Assembly (NCBI RefSeq): GCF_902459465.1
Contig: NC_047082.1
Coordinates: 9,672,001-9,736,000, forward strand
Source: Asterias rubens
Taxonomy: Eukaryota
Reading direction: 5' to 3'
DNA length: 64,000 nt
The position numbers were made by a program, and so were the translations under genes. Shown piece by piece: positions 12,101 to 26,447 of this stretch; position 1 is the first letter of the stretch, and each line of letters opens with the position of its first letter. A model generated the notes under the pieces. That model did not search any database. It was given only the letters and a program-made list of their open reading frames with translations, and was not told where the DNA came from.

Positions 12101-15100
12101 CTGTGAGCACAATTTCCTAAGTACAGAACAAGTAGCCAGCCAAAACTCCATTAACTTTCATTGTTACAGCAGGAGTGTTTGTTTACTGTTGTAAATGCAC
12201 ATCTGAATGTATTTGTTATGAAACTTGCGCATAATAATTGAATCAATTATTATTATGAAGCAAAAAATGTGACTCCAATAATTGGCGTGCCATGTTCGTT
12301 CACAACGTATAAAGAAAACCATGCAATTTCGAGGCATATTTGTGTGGATCATTATATTCCACTTTTAAAACATCTTCAACCATCTTCAAGAATTTCATAA
12401 CAAGCAGTTTCAAAAGCTTTTTATAGACCAACTCGCCCAATCCAAGACAACGCGTCCCTTTAGCTTTTGAAAAAGACTCTTCTAAGGTAAAACATTTTTT
12501 GTTGATATTTTCTTGAGACTAACCTTTGACCGCTGCCATGGTACCACGGATCTCTCGTTCCACCTCCTTGGCCTTGAAACCCGTCTCCAGAGTCTCCGCC
12601 TTGGTTTCGTTTGCCGTCTGCTTGATGCGATCCGACTGTACAAAATAATTACAATGTTTTAGTCACACATTCAATGAAAATACAAAAAAAAAAGAACACT
12701 TAAAGAGAAAGTTATACTGTCAACAACTCTGTCGCTCATTACCAAGTAACCAAGAGCTTTACTTTATCCAGAAATTATCATATATAAGAAACCAAAAGGT
12801 TTGAGTTGGGCTGTTTTGCCATGGAAGGAGGGCCGACCTGGCCGATTGGCCAAAACACAACTAGCCTGGTTCTTTACCTTACTCCTCAGTTTGATAGCCT
12901 GGTCTAAGAGGGCACTGTAGTTAGTCTCCACAGTCATGAATCCGTCAATCACTTCAAAGTTGTTGTCATTAATATCATCCACTTGACGCTGAATTTGATT
13001 GAGAGAAGAAAAAAGACAACAAAAATGTAAACTAAGGGAGAAAAGCAAAAAGTTAAGTACCAAGCTACTCGCTGTTTCCACAGTGACAAGAATTATTGTC
13101 GTCTAATTACTGAATCACAATTTGTTGAACTTGTGAAACTCATAATCATCTACGTTAAACCAATGTTTGTATGACAGAGATTGGCTTTTGTTGAAGTGTT
13201 GGCTCTAAAAAGAGCCAGTGTGGTCTTGACGCTTCGAACAGTATACATGTACTCTGCACGTTTTCAGGAGAAAGCTGGACTACTGCTGGTGGTGGAACTT
13301 GAGGGGAGCACATTTTGGATGCACATGATGCATCCCAAATTAATAATAATAATAATAATAAGTCCCCTAAAGCGCTAGTATCTAGAAAAATCTATTCACT
13401 GTGCTAAAAATTGTACCACATTAGCTAATTCCAGAGCCAGCCCTCACACAAAAGAGATTTACACATGGTTGTACCCGCAAGTTAAAGGCAGTGGACGACA
13501 CTATTGGTAATTACTCAAAATAATTATTATCATAAAACCTTTGTTGGTGACGAGTAATGGGGAGAGGTTGATGGTATCAAACGTTGTGAGAAATGGCTCC
13601 CGCTGAAGTGCCATAGTTTTCGAGAAAGAAGTAATTGTCCATGAATTTGATTTCGAGACCTCAGATTTAGAACTTGAGGTCTCGAAATCAACTTCGTGTG
13701 ACAAGGGTGTTTTTTTCTTTCATTCGTATCTCTCAAGTTCGATGACTGATTGAGCTCAAATTTTCACAGGTTTGTTATTTTATGCATATGTTGAGATGCA
13801 CCAACTGTGAAGGCTAGTCTTTGACAATTACCAATAGTGTCCACTGCCTTTAACTATTTATTTATAGTTTCTTCGTAGGAAAGTTATCTCTTGTTTGTGT
13901 ATATACCTGTGCAGCAGTAGCGGAGCGGTTCAATCTGTCCAACTTCTGGCGCAAGTGAATACCAACGGTTGTATCTGTCACGTTAACGAATACAGCGGTC
14001 AGGTTCATCGCATCGAGTTCATCCATCTTATCCAGGAGTAGAGTTGTACACTCATCACAAGCTTTAAAAACAAACAAACAAAGAAATAAATTAAGAAATA
14101 ACAGACACAACACTTTCTGCAATGTCTATTGAAGGGGCACCCGAATCCTCAAGCATGGTTTGGGTACTTTGCATTCGACACAAAACATAAACGTCCACAG
14201 ATTGACATTAAACTTAAACGATTTAAAGATAATGATGGTAGAAAGCTTCCCTTAAAATATCACTTGCTGAGGTGCTGCAGTTTTTTGAGAAATGAGTAAA
14301 ACAATTTCACTAAAAAGTGATTTTTGTCTCAGCCAGACGAAAATTATTTTAGCATATACAACGGGTGTAGGCGACTCTTCCAAAAACATTTTTGTGGCAT
14401 TGTTTTACTAGTTTCTCAAAAACTACAGCACCTCAGCAAGTAATATTCTAAGAGAAGCATCATTATTTTCAAACTGTGTGAATTTAAAGTAAATCTGTGG
14501 ACATTGTGTTTTGTGTCCTACAAAAAGTACCCAGACCCTTTAAACGAACTTGTTTGAGATCAATTTTTTTTCTTTTTTCGGTGGTTGGGAGGGGGGGGGG
14601 GGGTGTGTTGGAGGGGGTCTCACCTTGGCATCCCTCGTCCGTCAGAACGTAACGATCCTCACACTCTTCACAGTTATCCCCGGTGGCTCCCGGTGGGCAC
14701 AGACACTCTCCAGTCACCGAGTCACATCGTAGGTGGGCTTCACACTCACAAGCTGAAAGCAAACAAGCAAAACTATTATGGGTTCTATCGGTGGAAGCTG
14801 ACGAGACAGCGATCCGTTATCTCACTAGGCTAAACCTAACCTTTTAAATGGTTGTATTGCTTTTTTGGTTTTTTCCCCCAATTTTGTTGCCTTATATTTG
14901 AATTTAATTGTTTATTTATTTGTTTTGTTTGATCCAGTAATAATTGTTGAATAATTTTGTTTTTCTTTCTTAATCTACAAATAAATTTTTCTTTTGAGAA
15001 TGCATCGCTATGGTTTTCGAGTGACGTCAGAGGTCACATCGTCTATTAGTCATTTCTTACCTTGGCACCCGTTAAATCCATAGTTCCAATGTCCATGGAG

Positions 15101-18100
15101 ACACTGGTCACACTTAGTACCTCCCACTCCTGGTTTGCATTCACACTGGCCGGACTCCATGTCGCACTGATTGCTCTCCGCCCCAAAGGCGCAGTTACAC
15201 GGGGAACAACCGGCACAGCTGCTGAAATTCCAGGTTCCAGGCTGAAGGGTTAACAAGTAAACACAAATAAATAAACAATTGAAAAACCTTGTTTAGCATC
15301 AATCCCTTTAGGCTTTCTATGTGCGAATACAGGGATGTGATAGGCTGTTAAGACAAACCTGAACTCTTGGAGTGCAAACCTGTGAAAGCATGCGACCCCG
15401 AAAACTTGCAAGCATGAAGCCCTTTGGTTCTAAAATCCCTACTCTGCAATCTGCGGCGTTATTGTATGATTTTATCTTCATCTCCCACAGAAGAGGCTTT
15501 CACATGGTTGTACCTGCAACTATTTATTTATAGTCTCCGCTTATCTTTTAACATTTTTTGTATGTGAATTATTGTTCACAATGCTGCATTGTACTCACCG
15601 CGCAACGATCACACAGTGCTCCAACGACGCTATCCTTACATTCACAACGTCCAGTGTTGACGGCACATTCACGAGTACCGCAGCGATCACAATCACATTC
15701 TGGAATCAAAGCAAACAAAAAACACTGATAATAAGAACTAGTTCTTTTTAAGCGCATTTTACAATAACCGTATCAATGCACTTTACATTAGTGCACTGCA
15801 GCCGATTTCATGCTAAGTAAATTTGTTGTGCTTAGCAGCTCTATGAAATTGGGCCCAGGTGAGCAACTGGTTGTACTGGCCCAGCTTCAAGCTGTTCCTC
15901 TTTTGGGCCATTGTGGTCAAGTCTACAACCATGGCTCCTTACTAGAACCAAACAAAAGACACAACCTTAAGCTGGGACTAATCCCCCAGAGTCAATATTC
16001 CTTTATACTCCCCTAGAAGTAGGGTCAGCAACATGGCTCAGTAAGCTATTAATCCTTCATACTACCAGGTCCAGCCCAGACAAGAAAAGGGTCTGGAAGA
16101 ACATATGGGGCAAAATGGATATAAAATCAGGCAGTGAATACTTATGGTTTTTTTTAGGGGGGGGGGTGCATTTTTCACAATGGAAGAAAATATCTCATGC
16201 CTAAAGACAACAAGATGGTAGGTTTGACTCATCAGAATATAACATTTGTGTCCAATCCTTACCTTGACAATTCCTTGATATGACAGCGTCTCCATAGAAC
16301 CACTCTGCACAGATGTTGCAGTTGGGACCGGTGGTACCGGGCTTACACTGCAGACAGTTTCCAAGCCTGGTGTCGCACTCCGGACCGGAGGCCGATGGGT
16401 TAGTGTTGCCGCTGCACTCACACTGCCGACAGAACCCGTATGGCTCACTGGGTTCGCCAAAGTATCCCTCCTCGCATCTGTGGGTCAAGGGACAAAGGTT
16501 AAAGGTTAAAATATGTTGAAGTAGGATTTGGAAGTTTGCATGGTGGGAGTATAATCAGGTGAGGTTCCTGATAGCACCATAGAGTTATATATAAGAACTA
16601 GAGGAGGCACTGGCCTAAATGCGCACCCCGGTATGCACGAAAGCGGCCATTTTCTAAGTTGACAAAACAGGCATCTCACAGCGTGTGTTTGTGCGGCCAT
16701 TTTGTAAGTTGACAAAACAGCATCGTGAATCAGTCAATAAACAAAACCTCCAACGTTAACTTCGTATTCAACGCGCGTACAAAATGGCGCGCGTCTCTGT
16801 GCGGTCGTGAAGCATCACCAGTGCGCCCTCTAGTTCTTATATATAACTCTATGGGTAGCACCTAGAGTAAATCTCTTTTGGGTAGCATTAGTTCTGAGAA
16901 GGAAAGAGTGAGATGTTATTATTACTACAAGTTGATCTCCAAGGCTGTTTGTACATGTAAGCAGTATGTGGCAACAGAGTCCAGCAGTGTCATGAAGACC
17001 ATCAGAGCATACTGATCGAAACGTTGAGTTGTCAACCATCGGTTCTCTTTAATAACCAAAACTCCTCAAAAGAGATTTGTAGCTACCTCTAATTCGGTAT
17101 CAAACTCAACATTTGAACATCCCTTTTTTGAGACGAAGATGTTGAATTGAAACAACAAGGCCACTTGACTAGTCCTGTCTTGAGTTATCTGGCCCGACAC
17201 TGAAATCACTGGCCTCGGGCCGGTAGACAAGTGAACAATTTGAGCCCTGAAAAGAAACAACAACTTACATGTCACAGCGTTCTCCGATATGACCCTGAAG
17301 GCATTCACACTTCATCCCGGTTGGTACAATGGAACAGGTGAAGGCATAGCTAAAAGATTGAAAGAAAAATAAATCAGACAACCATTGTAGCAAGAACCTC
17401 AGTTAGCACATTGGTATAAATGGAGTTTATTTTATAGAGCAACAAAACAAAAATTAACAAGAAGTTTTCTCAGGACAGGTCTGTTTGTTTGTTTTGAAAC
17501 AGCTGCATCGCCAAGTTCAATTTATATGGAAAGTTTCTCAGATTCAAATTTTGGGGATAAAAACTTACATAATTTTCCATAACCAAATTACTTCAAATTG
17601 AAATGTTTCTCAAAATGCTTTATACTTTCGAAAGCTGGCTTTTAACAAAAAGATTTTTATCCACAGAAGTTTGATTACAGAAGAAAGAACAAAATGCCTT
17701 TGATAATTATACAAAAACGACCATTATCTTAAGTGCGAGTCTCACAAGGATTCAGGATTCATGGTACAACTTACTTTCTGGTCTCATCAGGGTAGGGGCA
17801 TGAGCAGATGTTACACGCATCCACTGCTCCGGAGGTAGCTTCACCAAAGTAGCCCACTTTACAAAGCTCGCAGTTATCTCCCTCAGTATTGTGCTCACAG
17901 TTCTACACAAAAACAAAAAAATCAATCCAAGATTAATATCGTGTCTACAAAGGGCTTGAAACGCCCACTGAGCCAGTGGCCAAGGTGTGGGCTACAATTT
18001 TATTTTGTCCAAGGGGCCGTTGCCACCCACTCCTAGGGCTGAAACAGGGTTACCCCCTTCACAGTCCATACAAATGTAGGCTTGGGTATCATCCATCAGA

Positions 18101-21100
18101 AGCCTAGCCGGTAGAGCAGAAAGCACTACCTCCCAAACTTTATGAAGCAATCATGGTTAGGTGTCTTGCTTAAGGACACAAGTGTCACAACCGGGACTTG
18201 AACCCACACTCTGCTGATCAGAAACACCAGAGCTTGAATCCAGTGCTCTTAACCGCTCGGCCATGACACGCCACAAGAGAACAAGAGAGAGAGAAAGAGA
18301 GAGAGCGATGTTGATGACTTACATAGCATCTTCCAGTCTCCGGGTCGCAGGTTGGTGAGTGCCCATTGCAATCACAGGGCTCACAGGTACCAAGGTACGG
18401 TCCGGAACCAGACCGACGGAATCCTGGACTACATTTCTGTGCAACGAAAAACAAAATTGCAGATTTACATTGAGGCTTAAAAATATGACTGCTGTATTCA
18501 GGGCCAATTTCATAAGGCCTGTAAGCATAGAAACTCGCTAAGCACAGAAAAACCTTGCTTAACAGAAACTGGTTAACAGCCGAAATTAAATCAAGTTTAC
18601 ATTGTTGCAACTGGTGCCCATTCATTCCTTGACTAGAAAAGAAATTTGCTGAGCATTATTTTCTGCTTAACGGCTTCATAAAATTGGGCCTAGGAAGATT
18701 TCCTACGACAATCAGGGAGATATTCAGAATGACATTAAAATCATAGAGAAAAGGTTTCTATAAATAAGCAGGGAGACTAACGGAATTTAAAAAGATTTAT
18801 TCATTTTAGGGAGGTTTCTGCATAATCAGGCAGATTTCATTTTGAATACACTCCCATGTGATGATGTTTCAGCAAATAAGATTGAATCGTTTCAGCAAAT
18901 AAGATTGTATCAACTCTCCAAGATAAAAATGCCTAAATAGTAATACAGATTCCTCAGAGACGACCATCGTACCTCACAAGACAAACCGGTGTAACCAGTT
19001 GGGCATCGGCATCGCTCCACTTTGAACGCCGGAGACCCAGTCCCGTCCTTCTTAGTGATGTCCATGGCAACATTGCTGAGGCTAAATCATCAAAATTAAA
19101 ACACAAAACAGTCCGTTAAACCGTTTGCCACAACAAAGAAATCAATCACTGAAGCTCTTCGCTCTTGGAAGGGGCTTGCTCATGAAGGGGCACCGCAACT
19201 TCTCTCTAGTAAGGGGCACTTGGTAAATTTGTATTGAAACCTTGCAAAGGGCACCCTGACCCAAGCACAGGGGCAACTGCTGTGGGTGCTGGGGTTTATT
19301 TGAGGGCTACAGCTTAGCTGTCTGAGAATATTGACAAAATATCTAACAACTTGAATCAATATTAATTTTGTTTTTTACCCATACACCAATGTGTGTTAGC
19401 ACTGTATACTCAGTACTTTCCCCCCGAGTCCTGTGAAAAAAATATCACAGGCATGTTTACTCGGGTGGGATTCGAACCCACGACCCTTGCAATTCTAGGG
19501 CAGTGTCTTACCAACTAGACTACAGAGGTTGCCCGGTAGCTAGAGGCAGTTCGAATCCTATGAATCAACTTAAAACAACAGTTTAGGAGGTTATTTGAAA
19601 TGGTGGCATTTCAAACTTTTAAGTAACCCCTGAAGTAAAATATTTCAAAAAAGTGTCTTCTTTGTTTACCTAGCGTCGTAGATTTTATTGTAGTACTGAG
19701 CTCTGATCTGAATTGAAGAGATTCCTGCAAGGATGACCATCATGTCCTCTCGAGTCACTGTCCGAGCCGAGAAACTGTACTGGAACATATCCTGGTAGGA
19801 GACAAAAAAAATAAACAGAAGCCAGTTAGTAGCCGTCAAAACGGCAAGATCCAGGATAACCAATCCATAAAACAAATTGAAGTCCATTGGGTACAGTTTT
19901 CTTCAATGATATGATGGAAAGGTAGAACATTTTTAACACATACCTCGACGAGATCAACGGACATATCGAACGGACGACCATTCTGGGGACGGTCCTCATT
20001 GGTGTACATGATGGTGATGTTGTTACCCTGGAAACACAAACAGATATAGTATTAAGCAACCGGAAAGTAATAACTCACCCTTCTTCAATTACGTTCATTC
20101 CCCTGCCTCATATTTAACGGAGCAGCTCGGCAAAAAAATCACGGGAACCAATCAAAATAAAATATACATTGCAATATACATTACATGGTATTTTGGATGG
20201 TAACCTGTTTCTGCTTAGCAACAAAAATTATGCTTAGTAATTTTTGACGCTAAGCAATTTTTGACGCTAAGCAATTTTCTTATGCTAAGCAATTTTCTTA
20301 TGCTAAGCAATTTTCTTATGCTAAGCTATTTTTTTATGCAGAGCAATTTTTTATGGAAAGGGAACCAGTCTGATTGAGATTCTTAATATAGAGAATGGTA
20401 GGTGGTGGTAGAAATAATAATATGACACTTGTAAAGCGCAAACATATCCACCTAACAAGTAGGCGCTCAAGGCGCGACAAAGAAAAACAATGAACAAAAA
20501 CAAGATACTTAAATTAAACTGTGTTGTTGTAGGCAATTACCATGAGGTGGGTTTTGAGGGTAGTTTTAAAGGAGTTGAGGGATGAAATAGAGCGAATGTT
20601 GTGAGGAAGGCTGTTCCCAAAGACGAGGGGCAGCAATACGGAAAGATCTATCTCCCCAGGAGCGTTAAGATCTCCGTTCAGTCAGAAGATGTTGACTTGC
20701 TGAACGAAGACCAGATCGACTGGGGTTATAAAGCCTGATGAGTTCAGATAAATATGGCGGTGCGGTACCATGTATTGAACAGTAGGTTAAGGGGAGGGGG
20801 GGGGTAGAGATACTTACGCTGATAATGACTTCAGGTCTACGTAGAGGCACAGACACAGAATCACCTCTCTCAGGAATCCCGTTGCTCTGAACGGTAAACT
20901 CCAGCTTACCACCGTAGGAGGTCAACTGTGGAATCAAAATAAAATCACTTTAATGAGAAGAAAACGTTTAAAGATTATAACTGGCTCCCCTGAGTTTTTA
21001 CCACTTACAAATAATTTTTCTTCTTGTATCCCCAGTGTGGGATAATAAAGTTCTTATCTTTTATAGAATAAACAATTAATTCATCACCACGACATGAGAA

Positions 21101-24100
21101 AATGATAGGAACAACCAGGTTGAAAAATCGTTTACAAAGAAAACATCTGCAGAAAAGGCAGAGGCCGGTTACAGACCTATGGTGAGAAAGAGGTTTTGAC
21201 AAGCTCGTTCCCAGGGGTGATTGATCTCGCCGCACCATTTTTTCCCAGCATGCCTTGCTCGATCATAACCCCTGGAAGTGTGACTTCAAAATATCCGAGT
21301 ATATGGGATATTACAATTAGCCCTGTGGTTGATCTGTTCTGATCTGTGTTGGGTCGTTAGTCGCGCACGGGCTGGATGCGCTGTGTGTAATAAAAAAGAT
21401 AAACTTGCCTTGGCGTTAAGTGTTGCGTTGTGAATAGATAGATCTTTATACGCACGCGTTTCGGCGTATAGAGCTTTTTGAAGACGCACAGCGTTTCATA
21501 TTTTGCGCGTATATGATAGCCAATCAAAGACACGGATCGGAGTTTCGGCCATGATGAATTTTTTGGGCCATACTTTAACAACCACCCATTATACTCCCCT
21601 GGAAGTATGGTCAGGGAGATAGCTCAGTGAGCTATTAATCCTGAGCGCTTCAATAAAAGAAACTTTCATAACAAATTAATTTTTTCAATAAATAAATAAA
21701 AAAACCACCTTATTTCCGAGATAGGATTCCGGTGCCTCCCAGTAGATAGCCTGGTTTGGGTCTGTTCCAGTGCCGATATCACCAATGTAGACGTTGACCA
21801 GGTTACCAACTGATCTAATCACTGGAGTCTTCACATTGGTCACGGTCCAACCTTCCATGTCAACCAACTGCAAAAGAGAAACAATACGCATCAAGGGTTT
21901 AGTGTGTTTTTATAATTGTATTGCTGTTTTTTAATTTCTTAGGTTTGTTAATGATTAATTACTTAGATTAGTTCTTTTTAGCCTTTGTTTTTTTTTCTTA
22001 AATTGTATCTATGTGAAGCGCCTTGAGCGTCTTTTAGGCGGACTTTGGCGCTATATAAGTTTATTATTAAGTGTACTGCTACAAGAGGGCGACAGATTGC
22101 AAACGAGATGTGAATAATGGAAGGCTGCTACAACAAAACCTCCTTCAGCAGACATGCTATCTGCATCAGTGAAAAAAAATCAAAAAATCTAACAGCTCAG
22201 GTGGTCAGTTTGGCGTAGTGGTATCTTTACCTGCCTTCCACCTCTAGGACCCTGGTTCACATCCAACTGATTATATGTGGATTGGGTTTTCAGTCCCTAC
22301 CCGACTGCGTGGGTTTTCCCTGGAATAATTCTCTGAGGTTTCCCCCGCCCCCCCCCCCACATCTAAAACTTAAAATAATGAAGGTATGAATAACTTCAAG
22401 ATAATGAAGGTAGAAAGCTTCCCTTAAAATTTTACTTAACTGAGGTGCTGTACTTTGTGGGAAATAAGTAAAATAGTTTCAAGAAAATAATTTGTGTCTC
22501 AGTGAGATGAAAATGATCTTAGCATGTACAACTGATGTAGGCGACTCTCCTGAAACATTGCTCTGTGATTTCCCCTTTTCCTTCCAAAAACTTCACGACT
22601 AATGAAGCTGAAACTTCTACAGGTGAAATATATTACACATCTTCATTCACAGTGAGTAGGTTTTTCATGTCATGGCCAAAAACTTGATCTGCAATCGCTA
22701 TCAAAACTTTTTAAAGGGAAGGTACACCTTTAGGAATTGTCAAAGACCAGTCTTCTCACTTGGTGTATCCCATCATAACCATAGAATAACAAGCCTGTGA
22801 ACATTTGGGCTCAATCGGTCATCGGAGTTGCGAGAAAATTATGAAAGAAAAAAACACCCTTGTTTGATGAATTTGTGTGCTTTCAGATAGGAATAAAAAG
22901 CCTTCTAGCTAGAAGTCTTTTATTATTTTAGTGAAAAATTACCCCTTTCTCAAAAATTACGTTACCTCAGAGGGAGTTGTTTCCCACAATGTTTTGTACT
23001 ATCAACAGCTCTCCATTACCAAATCAGTTTTTAAGTTAATATTTGTTTTGAGTAACTACCAAACGTGTACCTCCCCTGTAAGAGAAATTAAAGTCTTACC
23101 CTATCATACGGTCTTCCATAGCTTCTACAATCTGTTGAATGTCCAAAGCAGAAGCAATTGATACACCCTTTTGTGTTGCTCGGCTGTAGGTAGAAGGTTC
23201 CCTCTTTACATTGATTACACTGCTCACCGGCCACGTTTTCCTATTAAGAATAACAACAATTCTTATATAGCGCATTTCACAATAACCGTATCAATGCGCT
23301 TTACATTAGTGCCCTGGGCCCAATTTCATAGAGCTGCTAAGCACACAAAATTTGCTTAGCATGAAATTTCTTCCTTGATCAAAACAGGATTACCAACCAA
23401 ATTTCCTTTTGTTGCATATTGCTTGAATACTGGTAACTCAGCTGTTGTTTGCTTATCCTGAAAATCACGTGGAAATTTGGTTGGTAATCCTGTTTTTTTA
23501 AAGGAAGAAATTTCACGCTTAGCAAATTGGTGTGCTTAGCAGCTCTATGAAATTGGGCCCTGGTCATAGGGCCAATAACATCCCCCTTTTTTTTATGTTT
23601 CTCAGCTCCCTGGGGAGTACATGGAGGGAAAAGAGTTGATCTATGTATAGACCCATTGCACAACTTACAGAGCACTTGCCTGCGCTCTCCTGTCAGCCAT
23701 TTTAGGGGTCAATCATGCACAAAAGGATGGTACACCAGTTTTTTAAGGTATTTTTGTTTACTTTAGGGCTACATGATTACTTCTAAAAAAACATACCTGT
23801 GAAGTGAAATCTTGGATATGATGTAATGATTCTATATTTACATTCAGCGAACATTAATGAGGGTTAAAGGTCCAATCTTACCTTGCATTCACACTCTGCA
23901 GTGTCCTGGTTGCAGATGCCTGGTTCTGTACCGCTAGTATCACAATAGCAGGATTCACAGAAGGGATACCGGTGATGACCTGGTTCACACTGGTCACACT
24001 TGCGACCTCCAACATTTGGTTTACACCTGGATTAAAAAAAAAAAAAACGATCATTCTCAAAAAACGGTCTATCAACAATAATATAATTGTTTTGTTGTAC

Positions 24101-26405
24101 GCCTTTTCAAGCCAAATACGCCTTTCTAGGGCTCGAAATTAACACTGAACCACTGGCCCGAGGTCAGTGACTTTCGCATTGGGACAGTAATCACTTAACA
24201 GGACAAGCCCAGTGGTCTCTATGTTTTTCAATTAAGTAAAAAAAACAATTGTCTATGAGTCTGATAAATATATGTCAACTCTCTTGTGTACTGAAGTACA
24301 CTTTATCAATATAAACCACACGGGAAACTGACTGGGTAAATTTGTAAATGATTTTTGGGGTTGAACAAAGAATTGACTAGAGTGGGATTCGAACCGTCCC
24401 CTAGCTGCCGCTTCCCAGGTTGTATCGTAATTTGGGTGTGATCCCTGGCTACACGGCAGTTAACGGTTGTATGGCTTCCGACTGGCACCCCCGAACAAAG
24501 ATATTGACAGAATAGGGACACCGCCAATATAGGGCTAGATAGCTCAGTTGGTAGAGCGCCGGCACGTTAATCCGGAGGTCGTTGGTTCGAATCCCACTCT
24601 AGTCAATTCTTTGTTCAACCCCAAAAATCGAAGTACACTTTACTCAAAAGACAAATAAAATAGATTTTCTTTGTGTTTGAGCGACTCATTTTGAGTCTGG
24701 TCTTAGCAAATTATATTCTAGTCCAGTAAAAATGTTGAGCTACAAGCCGAGTCCTGCTTTTAATGTTGGACTTTTGTCACCCCCAATCACCACTGGCACC
24801 CAGCCTTCCAAAACCATGCACTAGATTTCCCAGTCAACCGGACAAGTACTGGGGTGGATTTCACAAAGAGTTAGGACCAGTCTTATCTCGAGTTAGGACC
24901 AGTTACTCGTCCTAGCTTAGGACTATCCATGCAGTTTGTTCGTCTCCTAGGACTAGTCCTAAGTTAGGACTAGTCCTAACTCTTTGTGAAATCGACCCCC
25001 TGGACTTATGCAGGAGAGTTCTCAGTCATGAAACACCACAACTAGACGTAGAATTGGATAAACATGAGACTCAAGAACTAAGATTGAATCCAAAGCTTAC
25101 CCGCACTGGCCAGTCACCTCATGACAGTTGTAGTCTCCACCGACGATACCACGGCCATTACAGTCGCATTCCTACAGATCCACAGACATCAAAATAAAAG
25201 CTTTTAAGGAACTTTCTTGGGTATTCAATCACAGTTTGTCTGATCTAAAGTAGGAAGGATATCATGCCTGCTTTAAAGGCACAGGACACTATTGGTAATT
25301 ACTCAAAATAATGGTTAGAACAAGAACTTACTGGTAACCAGCATTGGAGAGCTGTTGATAGTATGAAACATTGTGAGAAACAACTCCCTCTGAAGTATAG
25401 TAGTTTTTGAGACGGAGACAATTTCTAAGTTAAATGTTTGAAGACTTCAGGCCCAAAGCTTTTTTTGGCATGTGAAAAAACGTGATCGCACAAACTTGTG
25501 CAACAGAGGTGTATTCTGTCATTATACTCTTGCAACGTTGATGACTAATTGAGTCAAAAGTTTTATAGATTTGTTATTTTATGCGTACATGTATGTTGAG
25601 ATACACCAAGTGACAATACTGTTCTTTGACAATATTGCCAAAGGTGTCCAGTGCCTTTATTTTTTTTTTTTTTTAAGGAGTGCCCCCTGAAAAGACAAGC
25701 ATAATATCCCATAGGGATAGCTAAGAGCTTGTTTCAACAGACCATTCCACGTTAAAAAAAGAAAAGAAAAAGAAAAAGAAAAAAAACCAAGACGAAAAGA
25801 AAGGAGATAATGGTTTTTGGACTATGCCTCGCTCACTAGAAAGTGATGAGAGACACAACAACTAGCATCACCTGCAATCATAATTGCCGTATGAATACAG
25901 AAGTGATTAAGACTTACGGCACATCCAACGAGGGGGTCATACCCAAAGGTATTTTCCTGACAGCGATCGCAAGTATCACCGACGACGTTGTTGGGGCAGA
26001 TACACTCTCCTGTCACTTCATTACATACACCTGATCTGCAGCTACACCCTGTAAGTGAGTGGGAGAACAAAAAGAAATCAATGGGTGATGGTGATGGGCA
26101 ATAGTTCATCTGCACGTATGATGGGAGAAGGGGCAACTCTTGAGGGAGAAAGTCAATGTTAAACAGGAGGCAATTTCATTAAGCAGTTTAAGCAGAAAAT
26201 ATCGCTTAACAATTTTCTGCTAAGCAGAAATGACCAGTTTACCAGTCACAAATCGTACATGTGACATGGTAGTTTGGCGGGTAACCTTATTCTGGTAACC
26301 GTAATTATGTTGCTCTCAGCTACTTTTTCTGCTTTTCTATGAAATTGGGTGGAGGTGGTAACTTGAGGTTAGCCTGGGGAGATCCTAGGGTTTTAAAGGT
26401 TTTTA

Positions 26406-26447
<42 letters not shown>

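Noticed and set aside
14590-14603. Frequent G/C homopolymer runs (also near 3873, 4560, 6145, 6516, 9912, 27333) as G-quadruplex regulators
   Set aside because: Isolated mononucleotide runs scattered without positional pattern; cannot be supported from sequence alone.
16930-17080. Dispersed repeat (relatives 3540-3625, 13445-13480, 15490-15535, 32100-32250, 33060-33200) as a conserved regulatory RNA
   Set aside because: Copies are truncated at random and in both orientations, consistent with fragments of an unclassified TE.
24533-24605. Bona fide tRNA-Asn(GTT) gene
   Set aside because: A32/C33 instead of Y32/U33, stem mismatches, no immediate oligo-T terminator, and dispersed copies share non-tRNA flanks, so it is a tRNA-derived repeat.
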